Source of the DNA: Gemmatimonadales bacterium
GTDB lineage: Bacteria; Gemmatimonadota; Gemmatimonadetes; Gemmatimonadales; GWC2-71-9
DNA length: 64,000 nucleotides
Assembly (NCBI GenBank): GCA_035637435.1
Contig: DASPXD010000149.1
Span: forward strand, 26,018-90,017
Direction of reading: 5' to 3'
The notes beneath the pieces are model-generated. The model was given only the letters and a program-made list of their open reading frames with translations. It was not told the origin of the DNA and searched no databases. This document shows positions 18,708 to 27,243 of this stretch, in pieces. Position numbers and translations under genes: made by a program. Every line of letters starts with the position of its first letter. Positions within the stretch are counted from its first letter, which is position 1.

Positions 18708-18736
18708 TTGCCCGGCTTCGCCAGCGGGACTAGCTT
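18708..18736 (+). promoter_or_regulatory. Candidate promoter of the PorX-like gene (TTGCCC-17 nt-TAGCTT)
   Basis: The -10-like hexamer ends 10 nt before ATG 18747. No SD. Confidence 0.3.
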
Positions 18737-18746
18737 GTCTCGAAAG

Positions 18747-20318
18747 ATGCCGCGACCGAAAAGCATTCTCTGGGTTGACGACGAAGTCGACGGGCTCGCC
18801 GCGCACCGCCGCTTTCTGGAGGAGCAGGGATTTGCGGTGGCGCAGGCGGCGCACGGCGACGACGCGCTCGCCATGCTGCGGCGCCAGCCCTACAGCGTCG
18901 TGCTGCTCGACGAGCAGATGCCCGGCCGCCGCGGCCTGGAGCTGATCCCCGAGATCCGTGCCATCGACCCCGCCATGGCCGTCGTGATGGTCACGCAGAG
19001 CGAGGACGACGGGCTGCTGCGCGACGCGATCGGCATCGAGATCGACGATTACCTCGTGAAGCCGGTGCATCCGCGCCAGGTGCTGTCGGTCGTCACGCGC
19101 CTGCTCGAAGGCGACCGCATCCGCCAACAGCGGCTGGCGCGCGACTTCGTCACGCGCTTTCGCGAGCTCGAGGGCCGCCGCGGCGCAAACCTCGCGTGGC
19201 GCGAATGGAGCGAGCTGGTCGCCGAGCTGGCACGCTGGGAGGTGCGGCTCGCCGCCGGCGACGAGCCCGGACTCTCCGAAGCGCTGCGCAATCTGAAGGA
19301 GAGCTTACGGAAGGACTTCCAGGGTTTCATCACCAGGAACTACCCGCGCTGGCTCGCCGATCCCGAGCGCGACCGGCCGCCGCTGTCGGTGGACGTGGGC
19401 GCGGAGTTTCTCGTGCCCGCGCTGAAGCGCACCGGCCGGGTCGTGTTTATCGTGATCGACTGCCTGCGGCTCGATCAGTGGGAGGTGCTGCGCGATTTGA
19501 TCACGCCGCTCTTCGACCTGGAGGAATCCCACTACTACAGCATTTTGCCGACCGCGACGCCGTTTTCACGCAACGCGATCTTCAGCGGCCTGTTTCCGAT
19601 GGAAATCGCGGCGCGGCATCCGGAGTGGTGGGGCGCGCCGACCGACGACGAGAGTCTCAACGCGCACGAGGCGGAGCTGCTGACCGAGCAGCTGCGCGAG
19701 CTGGTGGGCGAAGACGTCCCCGTGCGCTACGAGAAGCTGTTCACCGCCGCCGACGGCACGGATCTGCTGCGGCGCCTGCCGGCGCACCTGGCGCAGCCCG
19801 GCGTGACCGCGCTCGTCTTCAACTTCATCGATCAGCTGACGCACGGCCGCTCCGAAAACGCGATCCTCTACGAAGTCGCGCGCGACGCCGATGCGCTGCG
19901 CGGCCTCACCCGGACGTGGTTCGAGCGCTCGCCCGTGCTCGCGGCACTCGAAGAGGCGGAGCGGCGCAACGTCCCCGTGCTGCTGACCACCGATCACGGC
20001 TCGATCCACTGCGAGACGCCGGCGACGGTGTTCGCCAAGCGCGACGCGACCGCCAACCTGCGCTACAAGTTCGGTGAAGACCTCCGGTCCGAGGACCCCG
20101 AGGCCGCGATCATGGTCGAAGACCTGAAGGCCTTTGGGCTGCCGGCGAAAGGCCTCGGCGTGCGGCTGCTGCTGGCGACGGGCGACCGCTTCTTCGTGTA
20201 TCCGACCAAGCTGCGCGAATACCAGGCGCGCTATCGCGGCGCCTTCCTGCACGGCGGGGCGACGCCGGAGGAAATGATTTTGCCCGTCGCGTTGCTCACG
20301 CCGCGCCGATCGCGCTGA
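18747..20318 (+). CDS. PorX-like response regulator: CheY receiver fused to a PglZ (alkaline-phosphatase superfamily) domain
   Basis: Receiver motifs ILWVDDE, VLLDEQMPG and DDYLVKP. PglZ-type motifs VFIVIDCLRLDQW and LLTTDHGS. Start set at ATG 18747. Confidence 0.8.
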   Translation: MPRPKSILWVDDEVDGLAAHRRFLEEQGFAVAQAAHGDDALAMLRRQPYSVVLLDEQMPGRRGLELIPEIRAIDPAMAVVMVTQSEDDGLLRDAIGIEIDDYLVKPVHPRQVLSVVTRLLEGDRIRQQRLARDFVTRFRELEGRRGANLAWREWSELVAELARWEVRLAAGDEPGLSEALRNLKESLRKDFQGFITRNYPRWLADPERDRPPLSVDVGAEFLVPALKRTGRVVFIVIDCLRLDQWEVLRDLITPLFDLEESHYYSILPTATPFSRNAIFSGLFPMEIAARHPEWWGAPTDDESLNAHEAELLTEQLRELVGEDVPVRYEKLFTAADGTDLLRRLPAHLAQPGVTALVFNFIDQLTHGRSENAILYEVARDADALRGLTRTWFERSPVLAALEEAERRNVPVLLTTDHGSIHCETPATVFAKRDATANLRYKFGEDLRSEDPEAAIMVEDLKAFGLPAKGLGVRLLLATGDRFFVYPTKLREYQARYRGAFLHGGATPEEMILPVALLTPRRSR

Positions 20319-22120
20319 TGGGCCGCGGCGCTCGACTGCTGTCGCTGCTGCGGCCCTACACCTCGCTGTTTGCCGCCACGATCGGGGCGACGGTGGTGTC
20401 GTCGGTGCTCGACGGCTTCACGTTCGTGCTGCTGATCCCGTTCCTGCGCACGCTGTTCGGCAACGCCGCGCTGCCCGCCGAGGGCGGCTCGCACGTCGAG
20501 ACCGTGCTCAACAAGATCGCCGGGCCGTTTCTGCAGGCGGGCACGCCGGACATCGCGCTGCGCAACGTCGTCGTCGTGCTGCTCGTCGCGCTGCTCCTGA
20601 AGAACCTGACGCAGTACCTCTCCGCCCTCGGCAGCGTGTCGATTCAGGAAGGCGTCGTCCGCGACCTGCGCATTCGGCTGTTCCAGCACCTCCAGACGCT
20701 GCCGCTCGGCTATTTCCAGCGCACCCGCGGCGGCCAGATCATCGCCCGCATCATCAGCGACACCGATCAGGTCAAGACGGCGGTGAGCGCGGCGCTGGCG
20801 TCGCTGCTGCAGAACGTCGTGGTCATCATCGTCTACGTCGTCATCCTGTTCGGCCTGTCGGTGCGGCTGGCGCTACTGTCGCTGCTGCTCGCGCCGGTCC
20901 TGCTGTTGATCATCCGCCCGATGATCAACCGCCTGCGGCGCCGCTCGCGCGAGCTGGCCGCCGAGCGCGGCGAAGTCACCAGTCACGTCGGCGAGATGAT
21001 CGCGTCGGCGAAGCTGGTGCGGGCGTACGTGGCGGAGGCGTTCGAGCTCGGGCGCTTCCGCGAGCTGGCCGAGCGCTACCGCAAGCGCGTGCTGCGCGCG
21101 CAGCGCTATTCGAGCCTCACGAGTCCCGTCAGCGAAGTGTTCGGCGGCGTCATGATCGTGCTGATCCTCGTCGTGGGGACGCGGCTCGCGCTCGGCACCG
21201 CCGCGACCCTCGACCCGGCGGTGTTGATCACGTTCCTCGCGGTGAGCCTGCGGCTGATGTCGCCGATCAAGTCGGTGTCGAATTATCCGGCGATCATGGC
21301 GTCCGCGGCCGCATCGGCCGAGCGCGTGTTCGAAGTGCTCGACCTGCCGTCGGCCGAAGGCGACAAGCCGGGGGAGACCACGGCGGAGTTCAACGAGCGG
21401 ATCGAGTTCCGCGGCGTGTCGTTCGAGTACGAGGCGTCGGAAGCGGTGCTGCGCGACGTGGATCTCGAGGTGGAGCGCGGGCAGGTCGTGGCGATCGTCG
21501 GCCCGTCAGGCGCCGGCAAGACGACGCTGGTCGATCTCCTGCCGCGGTTCTATGAGCCGACACGCGGCGAGATCGTGATGGACGGAGTACCGCTGACGAG
21601 CTATACCCGCACCTCGCTGCGGCGCTTGATGGGCATCGTGTCGCAGGAAACCGTCTTGCTGAACGACACCGTGCTCGCGAACATCGCCTACGGCCTGAAG
21701 GACGTGCCGCTGGATCAGGTGCGCGCCGCGGCGCGCGCGGCCAATGCCGACGAATTCATCATGCGGCTGCCCGAGACCTACAACACGCTGCTGGGCGAGC
21801 GGGGCACACGGCTGAGCGGCGGCCAGCGCCAGCGGATTGCGATCGCCCGCGCGCTGCTGCGCGATCCCCCGATCCTGATTCTCGACGAAGCGACCAGTGC
21901 GCTGGACACCGAATCGGAGCGGCTGGTGCAGGAGGCGATCGACCGCCTGATGGCGCACCGCACCGTGTTCGTCATCGCGCATCGTCTTGCGACCGTGCAG
22001 CACGCCGACTTCATCGTCGTGCTGGCGGAAGGGCGCATCGTGGAGCGGGGCAGTCACGACCATCTGCTCGCCGCCGACGGCCTGTATCGGCGCCTGTACA
22101 ACCTTCAGTTCCGGACCTGA
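20318..22120 (+). CDS. MsbA-like ABC exporter (fused permease and ATPase)
   Basis: Six TM helices plus GPSGAGKTT, LSGGQRQRIAIARA and ILILDEATSALD. Its ATG overlaps the upstream stop (ATGA-type). Confidence 0.85.
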   Translation: MGRGARLLSLLRPYTSLFAATIGATVVSSVLDGFTFVLLIPFLRTLFGNAALPAEGGSHVETVLNKIAGPFLQAGTPDIALRNVVVVLLVALLLKNLTQYLSALGSVSIQEGVVRDLRIRLFQHLQTLPLGYFQRTRGGQIIARIISDTDQVKTAVSAALASLLQNVVVIIVYVVILFGLSVRLALLSLLLAPVLLLIIRPMINRLRRRSRELAAERGEVTSHVGEMIASAKLVRAYVAEAFELGRFRELAERYRKRVLRAQRYSSLTSPVSEVFGGVMIVLILVVGTRLALGTAATLDPAVLITFLAVSLRLMSPIKSVSNYPAIMASAAASAERVFEVLDLPSAEGDKPGETTAEFNERIEFRGVSFEYEASEAVLRDVDLEVERGQVVAIVGPSGAGKTTLVDLLPRFYEPTRGEIVMDGVPLTSYTRTSLRRLMGIVSQETVLLNDTVLANIAYGLKDVPLDQVRAAARAANADEFIMRLPETYNTLLGERGTRLSGGQRQRIAIARALLRDPPILILDEATSALDTESERLVQEAIDRLMAHRTVFVIAHRLATVQHADFIVVLAEGRIVERGSHDHLLAADGLYRRLYNLQFRT

Positions 22121-22121
22121 C

Positions 22122-22988
22122 ATGCTTTCGGGCTTCACCCTCGTTCGCAACGCCGTCAAAATCGACTTCCCCATCGTCCCCGCGATTCGCTCGGTGCTCG
22201 AGGTGTGCGATGAAGTCGTCGTCAACGTCGGGCAATCGGAAGACGACACGCGCGACCTCGTGGCCGCGATCGACGACCCGCGCGTCCGCATTCTCGACAC
22301 GGTGTGGGACTTCAGCAAAGGCAATCGGATGATCTCCAGCGAAACGCAGCGCGCGATGGAGGCGTGCCGCGGCACCTGGGGCATCTACATCCAGGCGGAC
22401 GAAGTCCTGCACGAGCGTGGCGCGCGCCTGCTCAAGGAGAACGTCGCCGCATGGGACAAGGAGAGCCACGTCGAAGGCCTGTTGGTGAAATATCTCCATT
22501 TCTACGGTGGGTTCGACTGCATCGCGACGAACCGGCGCTGGTATCGGCGGGAAGTGCGTTGCGTGCGCCTCGGCAGGGATATTCGTGCCTTTCAGGGCGC
22601 GCAAGGCTTTCGCGTCGGACCGGGTCATCGGAAAATTCGCGCGCGCCCCACCGATGCGGAGATGTTCCATTATGGCTGGGCGCGACCGGCCGCGGCGATC
22701 CGGCAAAAGCGCGAGATCTCGCGGACGATTTATCCCTGGGCCAAGCAGCGGCTCGAGCAGGAGCTGAAAGGCGCGGGTCACCTCGATTGGATCCCGCTCC
22801 TGAAGCCGTTCACGGGCACGCATCCCCGCGCGGCCGCGGAATGGATTCGCGAGCGCGCCCACGACCCCGAGCGAGTGGTCGGCCCTCGCGACCTCAAGCT
22901 CAGCCATATCCGTCTCTACATCTCCGACTGGATCGAGCGGCTGACGGGCGCGCGAGTCTTCGAGTTTCGCAATTACAAAGTCGTGTAG
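22122..22988 (+). CDS. Putative glycosyltransferase (GT2-like); family uncertain
   Basis: Starts 1 nt after the msbA-like stop. N-terminus FTLVRNAVKIDFPIVPAIRSVLEVCDEVVVNVGQSEDDT resembles GT-A-fold proteins. The call rests on context. Confidence 0.45.
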   Translation: MLSGFTLVRNAVKIDFPIVPAIRSVLEVCDEVVVNVGQSEDDTRDLVAAIDDPRVRILDTVWDFSKGNRMISSETQRAMEACRGTWGIYIQADEVLHERGARLLKENVAAWDKESHVEGLLVKYLHFYGGFDCIATNRRWYRREVRCVRLGRDIRAFQGAQGFRVGPGHRKIRARPTDAEMFHYGWARPAAAIRQKREISRTIYPWAKQRLEQELKGAGHLDWIPLLKPFTGTHPRAAAEWIRERAHDPERVVGPRDLKLSHIRLYISDWIERLTGARVFEFRNYKVV

Positions 22989-24415
22989 ACGGCGGCGTTG
23001 CGGGCCTTGTTGTGGCGCGGGTTGATGGCGTGGGCGAGCCGGTCCGCGAGACTCGGGGTGATGACCGTCAGCAACGTCAGTCGCTTGTGCAACGTGCTTT
23101 CCAAAAACACGCGATCCGCATCCGCTGAGTCGCTGTACAACACCACGTAATTGATTGCCAACCCGGTGACCGGCACCGAATCCCGTTGTTGCAGCACCAG
23201 CAGCGCCGGTTTCGGTCGCCCCAGATAGTAGTCGGGCACACGAAACGTCTGGTTGTACTGCGCAATGAGGACACCCGTCGCGTCGTGCCGCCGGTACACG
23301 TACAGCAACGGCGCGACGCGGTCCCGCTTGGTGAAACTGAACGTCAGCACGATCAGCAACGCGGCGTTCACGATCCAGAAGTACCACCACATGCCGCGAT
23401 ACGCCCGGCGAACCGTGATCCGCGCCGCCAGCCAGGGAAGGCCGGCGACGATGAGGATGAAGAGGATCGGCAGAATCGGCAGCAGAAACCGTTCCTGCTT
23501 GTTCGCGATCACGCTATGGCTCACGAAAAACGCGAGCGTCGGGATGCCGAGCAGGGACAGCTGCCGCGCGCTCCCCCCGCCCCCCCCCTTGACCGCTGCC
23601 GCGAGCAACAGGATCGATACCGGAGGGATGAAGGCCGCGAGCAGCGTGAGGATGTAGTGCCACGGCGGGGCGCTGGGAAATCCGTCGGACTCCACGGCCA
23701 TGCGTTGCGGATGCAGCATGGCTCCGAGCCGGTGGATGAACGAGTACCCCCACTGATCGTTGACCACCGCATTGCTGAACCCCTGCAGCACGATCACGCA
23801 CGCAAGGCCGCCCAGGAACGCGAGCTTCGCGTTGCTTGCCGCGGGGCGGAACAGGGCCAGTACGACGAATGCGGCGGCAAAGGCTATCAAGGGAAAGCGC
23901 AGGATCAGGGCGGTTCCGAGAGCCGCACCGGCCAATGCGCCCCAGACGGCTGCCGGCTGATGGCCGTCTTCCGTGCGTTGCCACCACCAGCACGCCGCCA
24001 GGAGCGGCACCTGGCAGACCGACTCCTCGAGCTGATGCACCGCGGTCACCGGCATCGCGAAGAACGCCGCCGCAAGGAGGCCGCCGAGCAACGCGCTGTC
24101 CTTGCCGAGCGAGCGCTCCAGAATGCGGTACACGAAGTAGACGGCGAGCAGCGAATACGCGGCCTGGATGAGGCGCACCAGCAGCATCTCGTGGCCGGGA
24201 TCGTGAATCCCGATGTTGCGACCCAACGCCATGATGGCGCCGATGACCCCCGGAAACAGCACCGATCGCGCGTAGGTCGTCGCCACTCCCGTACCGCTGG
24301 CGATCTGATCGGCCGCGTTGACGACCACGTGATGGTCGTCGGTGGCGAGGTAGCCCTGGCTGAATACGGCGGCGAGCAGGCGCAGCAGCGCCGCGACGAT
24401 GAGGACGCGCTGCAG
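22973..24415 (-). CDS. GT-C-fold polytopic membrane glycosyl/mannosyltransferase (Alg9/PMT-like); probable non-canonical CTG start
   Basis: At least 10 hydrophobic helices. The first canonical start is GTG 24328, but the frame is open upstream and encodes a TM helix plus an acidic loop (LQRVLIVAALLRLLAAVFSQGYLATDDHH). Confidence 0.6.
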   Translation of the reverse strand: MQRVLIVAALLRLLAAVFSQGYLATDDHHVVVNAADQIASGTGVATTYARSVLFPGVIGAIMALGRNIGIHDPGHEMLLVRLIQAAYSLLAVYFVYRILERSLGKDSALLGGLLAAAFFAMPVTAVHQLEESVCQVPLLAACWWWQRTEDGHQPAAVWGALAGAALGTALILRFPLIAFAAAFVVLALFRPAASNAKLAFLGGLACVIVLQGFSNAVVNDQWGYSFIHRLGAMLHPQRMAVESDGFPSAPPWHYILTLLAAFIPPVSILLLAAAVKGGGGGSARQLSLLGIPTLAFFVSHSVIANKQERFLLPILPILFILIVAGLPWLAARITVRRAYRGMWWYFWIVNAALLIVLTFSFTKRDRVAPLLYVYRRHDATGVLIAQYNQTFRVPDYYLGRPKPALLVLQQRDSVPVTGLAINYVVLYSDSADADRVFLESTLHKRLTLLTVITPSLADRLAHAINPRHNKARNAAVYTTL

Positions 24416-24423
24416 CGGGCGGT

Positions 24424-25341
24424 CTATTTCAGCTCGCCCTTCTGCAGCATCTGCTGGTACATGCGCACGTAGGCTTCCGCCATCACCAGGTGCGTGAAGT
24501 GCCGCTCGGCGCGCTCACGGCACGCCCGTGGATCGAGCGTCGTCACCTTCTCCGCCGCGGTGATCAGCTCGTCGAGCGTGTCGCGCAGCACGCCCACCGC
24601 CGGCGTCACGATTTCGGGGAGCGCGCCGCGCCGCGTCCCGAGCACGGGAGTGCCCGAGAACAGCGCCTCGATGGTCGGCAACCCGAACGGCTCGTCCCAC
24701 TGCGCCGGCATCCACAGACAGCGGGCGCGGGCGAGCAGCACCGCTTTGCGCCTGCCGCCGACCTCGCCGACGTACTTGATCCCGCCCGTGAAGGTGGGCC
24801 GCCAGCCGCCGGCGATGATCAGCCGGCGCCCCGTGCGCTTCGCGGCGTCGACCGCCCACTGGTAACCGCGGTCGCTGTGCAGTTTTCCGAGAAACAGGTC
24901 CCACTGCTCTTTACGGCCGCGGAAGATGTATTCGGCGGGGTCGAGCCCGTTGTACACGAAGATCGTGCTGCCGTGTCGTTTGGCGTGGTCGCGGGAAAGA
25001 AAGATCGTGTTCGGGGGGAGGGGCGTGTCGGGCTTCCAGTTGCCGTGCAGCGTTTGCACGAAGGGAAGATCCTTGGGCCCCTTCTTCATGGGAAAATGCG
25101 CGTGCAGGATGTCGGCGCCGTCGGGGATGAAACGGTTGAGATCGACGCCGGAGTCCTTGAGCAGCCGCGGCGCGACGTCCACGATCCTCGTCGCCTCGCG
25201 CAGTTTCGTCCCCGGTTGCGCGAGAATCGTGACGCGATGACCGAGTGCCGCGAGCCCGCGCACCAGCGCGACGACGACGCGCTGCGGTCCGCCATAACCT
25301 TCGACCGGGAGCCGGTGATGGGACGCGACTACGACGTGCAT
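24424..25341 (-). CDS. Glycosyltransferase family 4
   Basis: MHVVVASHH...GGPQRVV N-terminus and EPFGLPTIEALFSGTPVLGTRRGALPEIV (EX7E region). Confidence 0.8.
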   Translation of the reverse strand: MHVVVASHHRLPVEGYGGPQRVVVALVRGLAALGHRVTILAQPGTKLREATRIVDVAPRLLKDSGVDLNRFIPDGADILHAHFPMKKGPKDLPFVQTLHGNWKPDTPLPPNTIFLSRDHAKRHGSTIFVYNGLDPAEYIFRGRKEQWDLFLGKLHSDRGYQWAVDAAKRTGRRLIIAGGWRPTFTGGIKYVGEVGGRRKAVLLARARCLWMPAQWDEPFGLPTIEALFSGTPVLGTRRGALPEIVTPAVGVLRDTLDELITAAEKVTTLDPRACRERAERHFTHLVMAEAYVRMYQQMLQKGELK

Positions 25342-25387
25342 CGAGGTCCCAGTATAACTAGCTTCGGGACATGATTCATCATCATCG

Positions 25388-26530
25388 ATGAGCATTCTTC
25401 TCGTCAACGACCATCTGTCAGGTGGGATCGGGCGCTACGTCCGGGGTCTGTACTCCGAGCTGCGGACTTTGTATGCGGCGCGCCACTCCGTCCATCTCTT
25501 GCTGCAGAACGTGCCGCGGCACGCCGACGCCACAGCGTGGAGCAATGGGAATGCAAACGACATCACGATGCAGCGCCGCCCGTGGTGGGAAAAGCAGTCG
25601 GGCTACGGGACGCTGTACCAGCTCGCCTCCCGCTACTATTACCCGCAGCGTATCCCGCGCGGGTACGCGCTCTACCACGTGACGAGCCAGATGATGGGGC
25701 ACAGCGTGCGGCACGTGGGACCGGCCGTCGTGACCGTTCACGACCTTGTCGCGCTCCGCTATCCGGGCAACCACCCGTGGATCTCCACCCAGATTCGGAA
25801 GCGTCACATTGCCGCGCTGCAGCGCGCCGCCGCCATTGTTTTCCCATCGGAGTTCTCCCGCCAGGATTTCTTGACGCGCTTCCCCTACCCGGCTCAGCAC
25901 ACATTCGTGACTCCGTGGGGGACGGGCGATCCGTTCCGGCCCGCGAACCGGTCGAACGCTCGCGCAGCGCTCGGCGTGTTCCCGGACCGGCCGCTCCTGC
26001 TCCATGTGGGGAGTGAGGAGCCGCGAAAGAACGTGGAAACACTGCTCCGCGCACTTCCCCTCGTTGCCGCCCGGGTCCCGGAGGTGCTGCTGATCCGCGT
26101 GGGGGGGCGGAGCCACCGCGCCGGCCGGCTCATCAGGCGCATGAGGCTGGAGCGCCACGTCCGCTACGAGCATGACGTCTCCGACGCGAGGTTGGCGCTG
26201 TGGTACGCGGCGGCCGACGCGCTGGTGTTCCCCTCACTGCTCGAAGGGTTCGGGCTGCCGTTGCTCGAGGCACTGCGCTGCGGGTGCCCGGTGATCGCCG
26301 CCAACACGAGCTCGATCCCTGAGGTCACGGGCGACGCGGCCGCGCTCGTGGACGATCCGTTGGATCCAGGCGAACTGGCCGCGGCGATCGTGCGGGTGCT
26401 GGAGGATAGTGAATGGCGCGATCAGCTCCGCCAGCGCGCGCTGTCTCGCGCGGCGGGATTCAGCTGGCGACTGGCGGCGGAGCGGACGGCCGCAGTGTAC
26501 GAGCACGTCCTTGGCATGTCTGCTTCGTGA
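25388..26530 (+). CDS. Glycosyltransferase family 4
   Basis: PSLLEGFGLPLLEALRCGCPVIAANTSSIPEV motif. Confidence 0.8.
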   Translation: MSILLVNDHLSGGIGRYVRGLYSELRTLYAARHSVHLLLQNVPRHADATAWSNGNANDITMQRRPWWEKQSGYGTLYQLASRYYYPQRIPRGYALYHVTSQMMGHSVRHVGPAVVTVHDLVALRYPGNHPWISTQIRKRHIAALQRAAAIVFPSEFSRQDFLTRFPYPAQHTFVTPWGTGDPFRPANRSNARAALGVFPDRPLLLHVGSEEPRKNVETLLRALPLVAARVPEVLLIRVGGRSHRAGRLIRRMRLERHVRYEHDVSDARLALWYAAADALVFPSLLEGFGLPLLEALRCGCPVIAANTSSIPEVTGDAAALVDDPLDPGELAAAIVRVLEDSEWRDQLRQRALSRAAGFSWRLAAERTAAVYEHVLGMSAS

Positions 26531-27243
26531 GGGCCATCATCACTGCCGCGGGACGGGGAAGCCGGCTCGCGAGCTCCTCCGACGACACTCCGAAGACTCT
26601 GCTGCGGTTCGGGAGCGGGACCATTCTCTCCGGCATTATGCAGAACTTCGCCGCGGCGGGGATCTCTGAATTCATCGTGATCGTCGGATTCCGGGGGGAG
26701 GCGATCGTCGAGTACCTCACCGCCAACGGTAACCTCGGTTACGCGGTCAGCGTAGTCAGGAATCCGGAATGGCAGCGAGGCAACGGGATTTCAGTGCACC
26801 TGGCGGGTACGGTGCTAGACCCGGACGAGGAGATTCTGCTGTCCATGTCGGACCACCTCGTCTCTCCCGCGGCGCTGCGGGCGATGATCGACGCGCCGGC
26901 CGGCCGCAATCAACTGCTCGTCGATCCACGCATCGAGCTGGTACACGACCTGGAGGACGCCACCAAGGTCTGGGTCGATGCGGGCCGGATCACCCGGATC
27001 GGGAAGGAGCTGGCTGACTTCAACGCCGTCGACTGCGGTATTTTCCGGCTCACCCGCCGGTATTTCGACGCGATGGGGCGGCAGATCGGCCGGGGCCGTG
27101 ACAGCATCACCGAGGGGGTGCGGGAGCTCATCGCCGCGGACGACTTCGAGGCGGTGCCGATCCCGGCATCCAGCCATTGGATCGACATCGATACGCCGGC
27201 TGCCTATGAACATGCGCAGTCCAACCGCGCTCGGTACGGATGA
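26527..27243 (+). CDS. Alcohol/sugar-phosphate cytidylyltransferase-like nucleotidyltransferase (LicC/IPCT-like)
   Basis: IITAAGRGSRL signature, DTPKTLL, and WIDIDTPAAYEHA C-terminus. GTG 26527 overlaps the upstream stop (GTGA). Confidence 0.7.
   Translation: MRAIITAAGRGSRLASSSDDTPKTLLRFGSGTILSGIMQNFAAAGISEFIVIVGFRGEAIVEYLTANGNLGYAVSVVRNPEWQRGNGISVHLAGTVLDPDEEILLSMSDHLVSPAALRAMIDAPAGRNQLLVDPRIELVHDLEDATKVWVDAGRITRIGKELADFNAVDCGIFRLTRRYFDAMGRQIGRGRDSITEGVRELIAADDFEAVPIPASSHWIDIDTPAAYEHAQSNRARYG

Noticed and set aside
18747-20318. The PglZ domain as evidence of a BREX/DISARM-type phage defence system.
   Set aside because: No PglX methyltransferase, BrxC/PglY ATPase, BrxL or other BREX genes are nearby. 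The receiver-PglZ fusion is the PorX architecture, and the neighbours are envelope biosynthesis genes.
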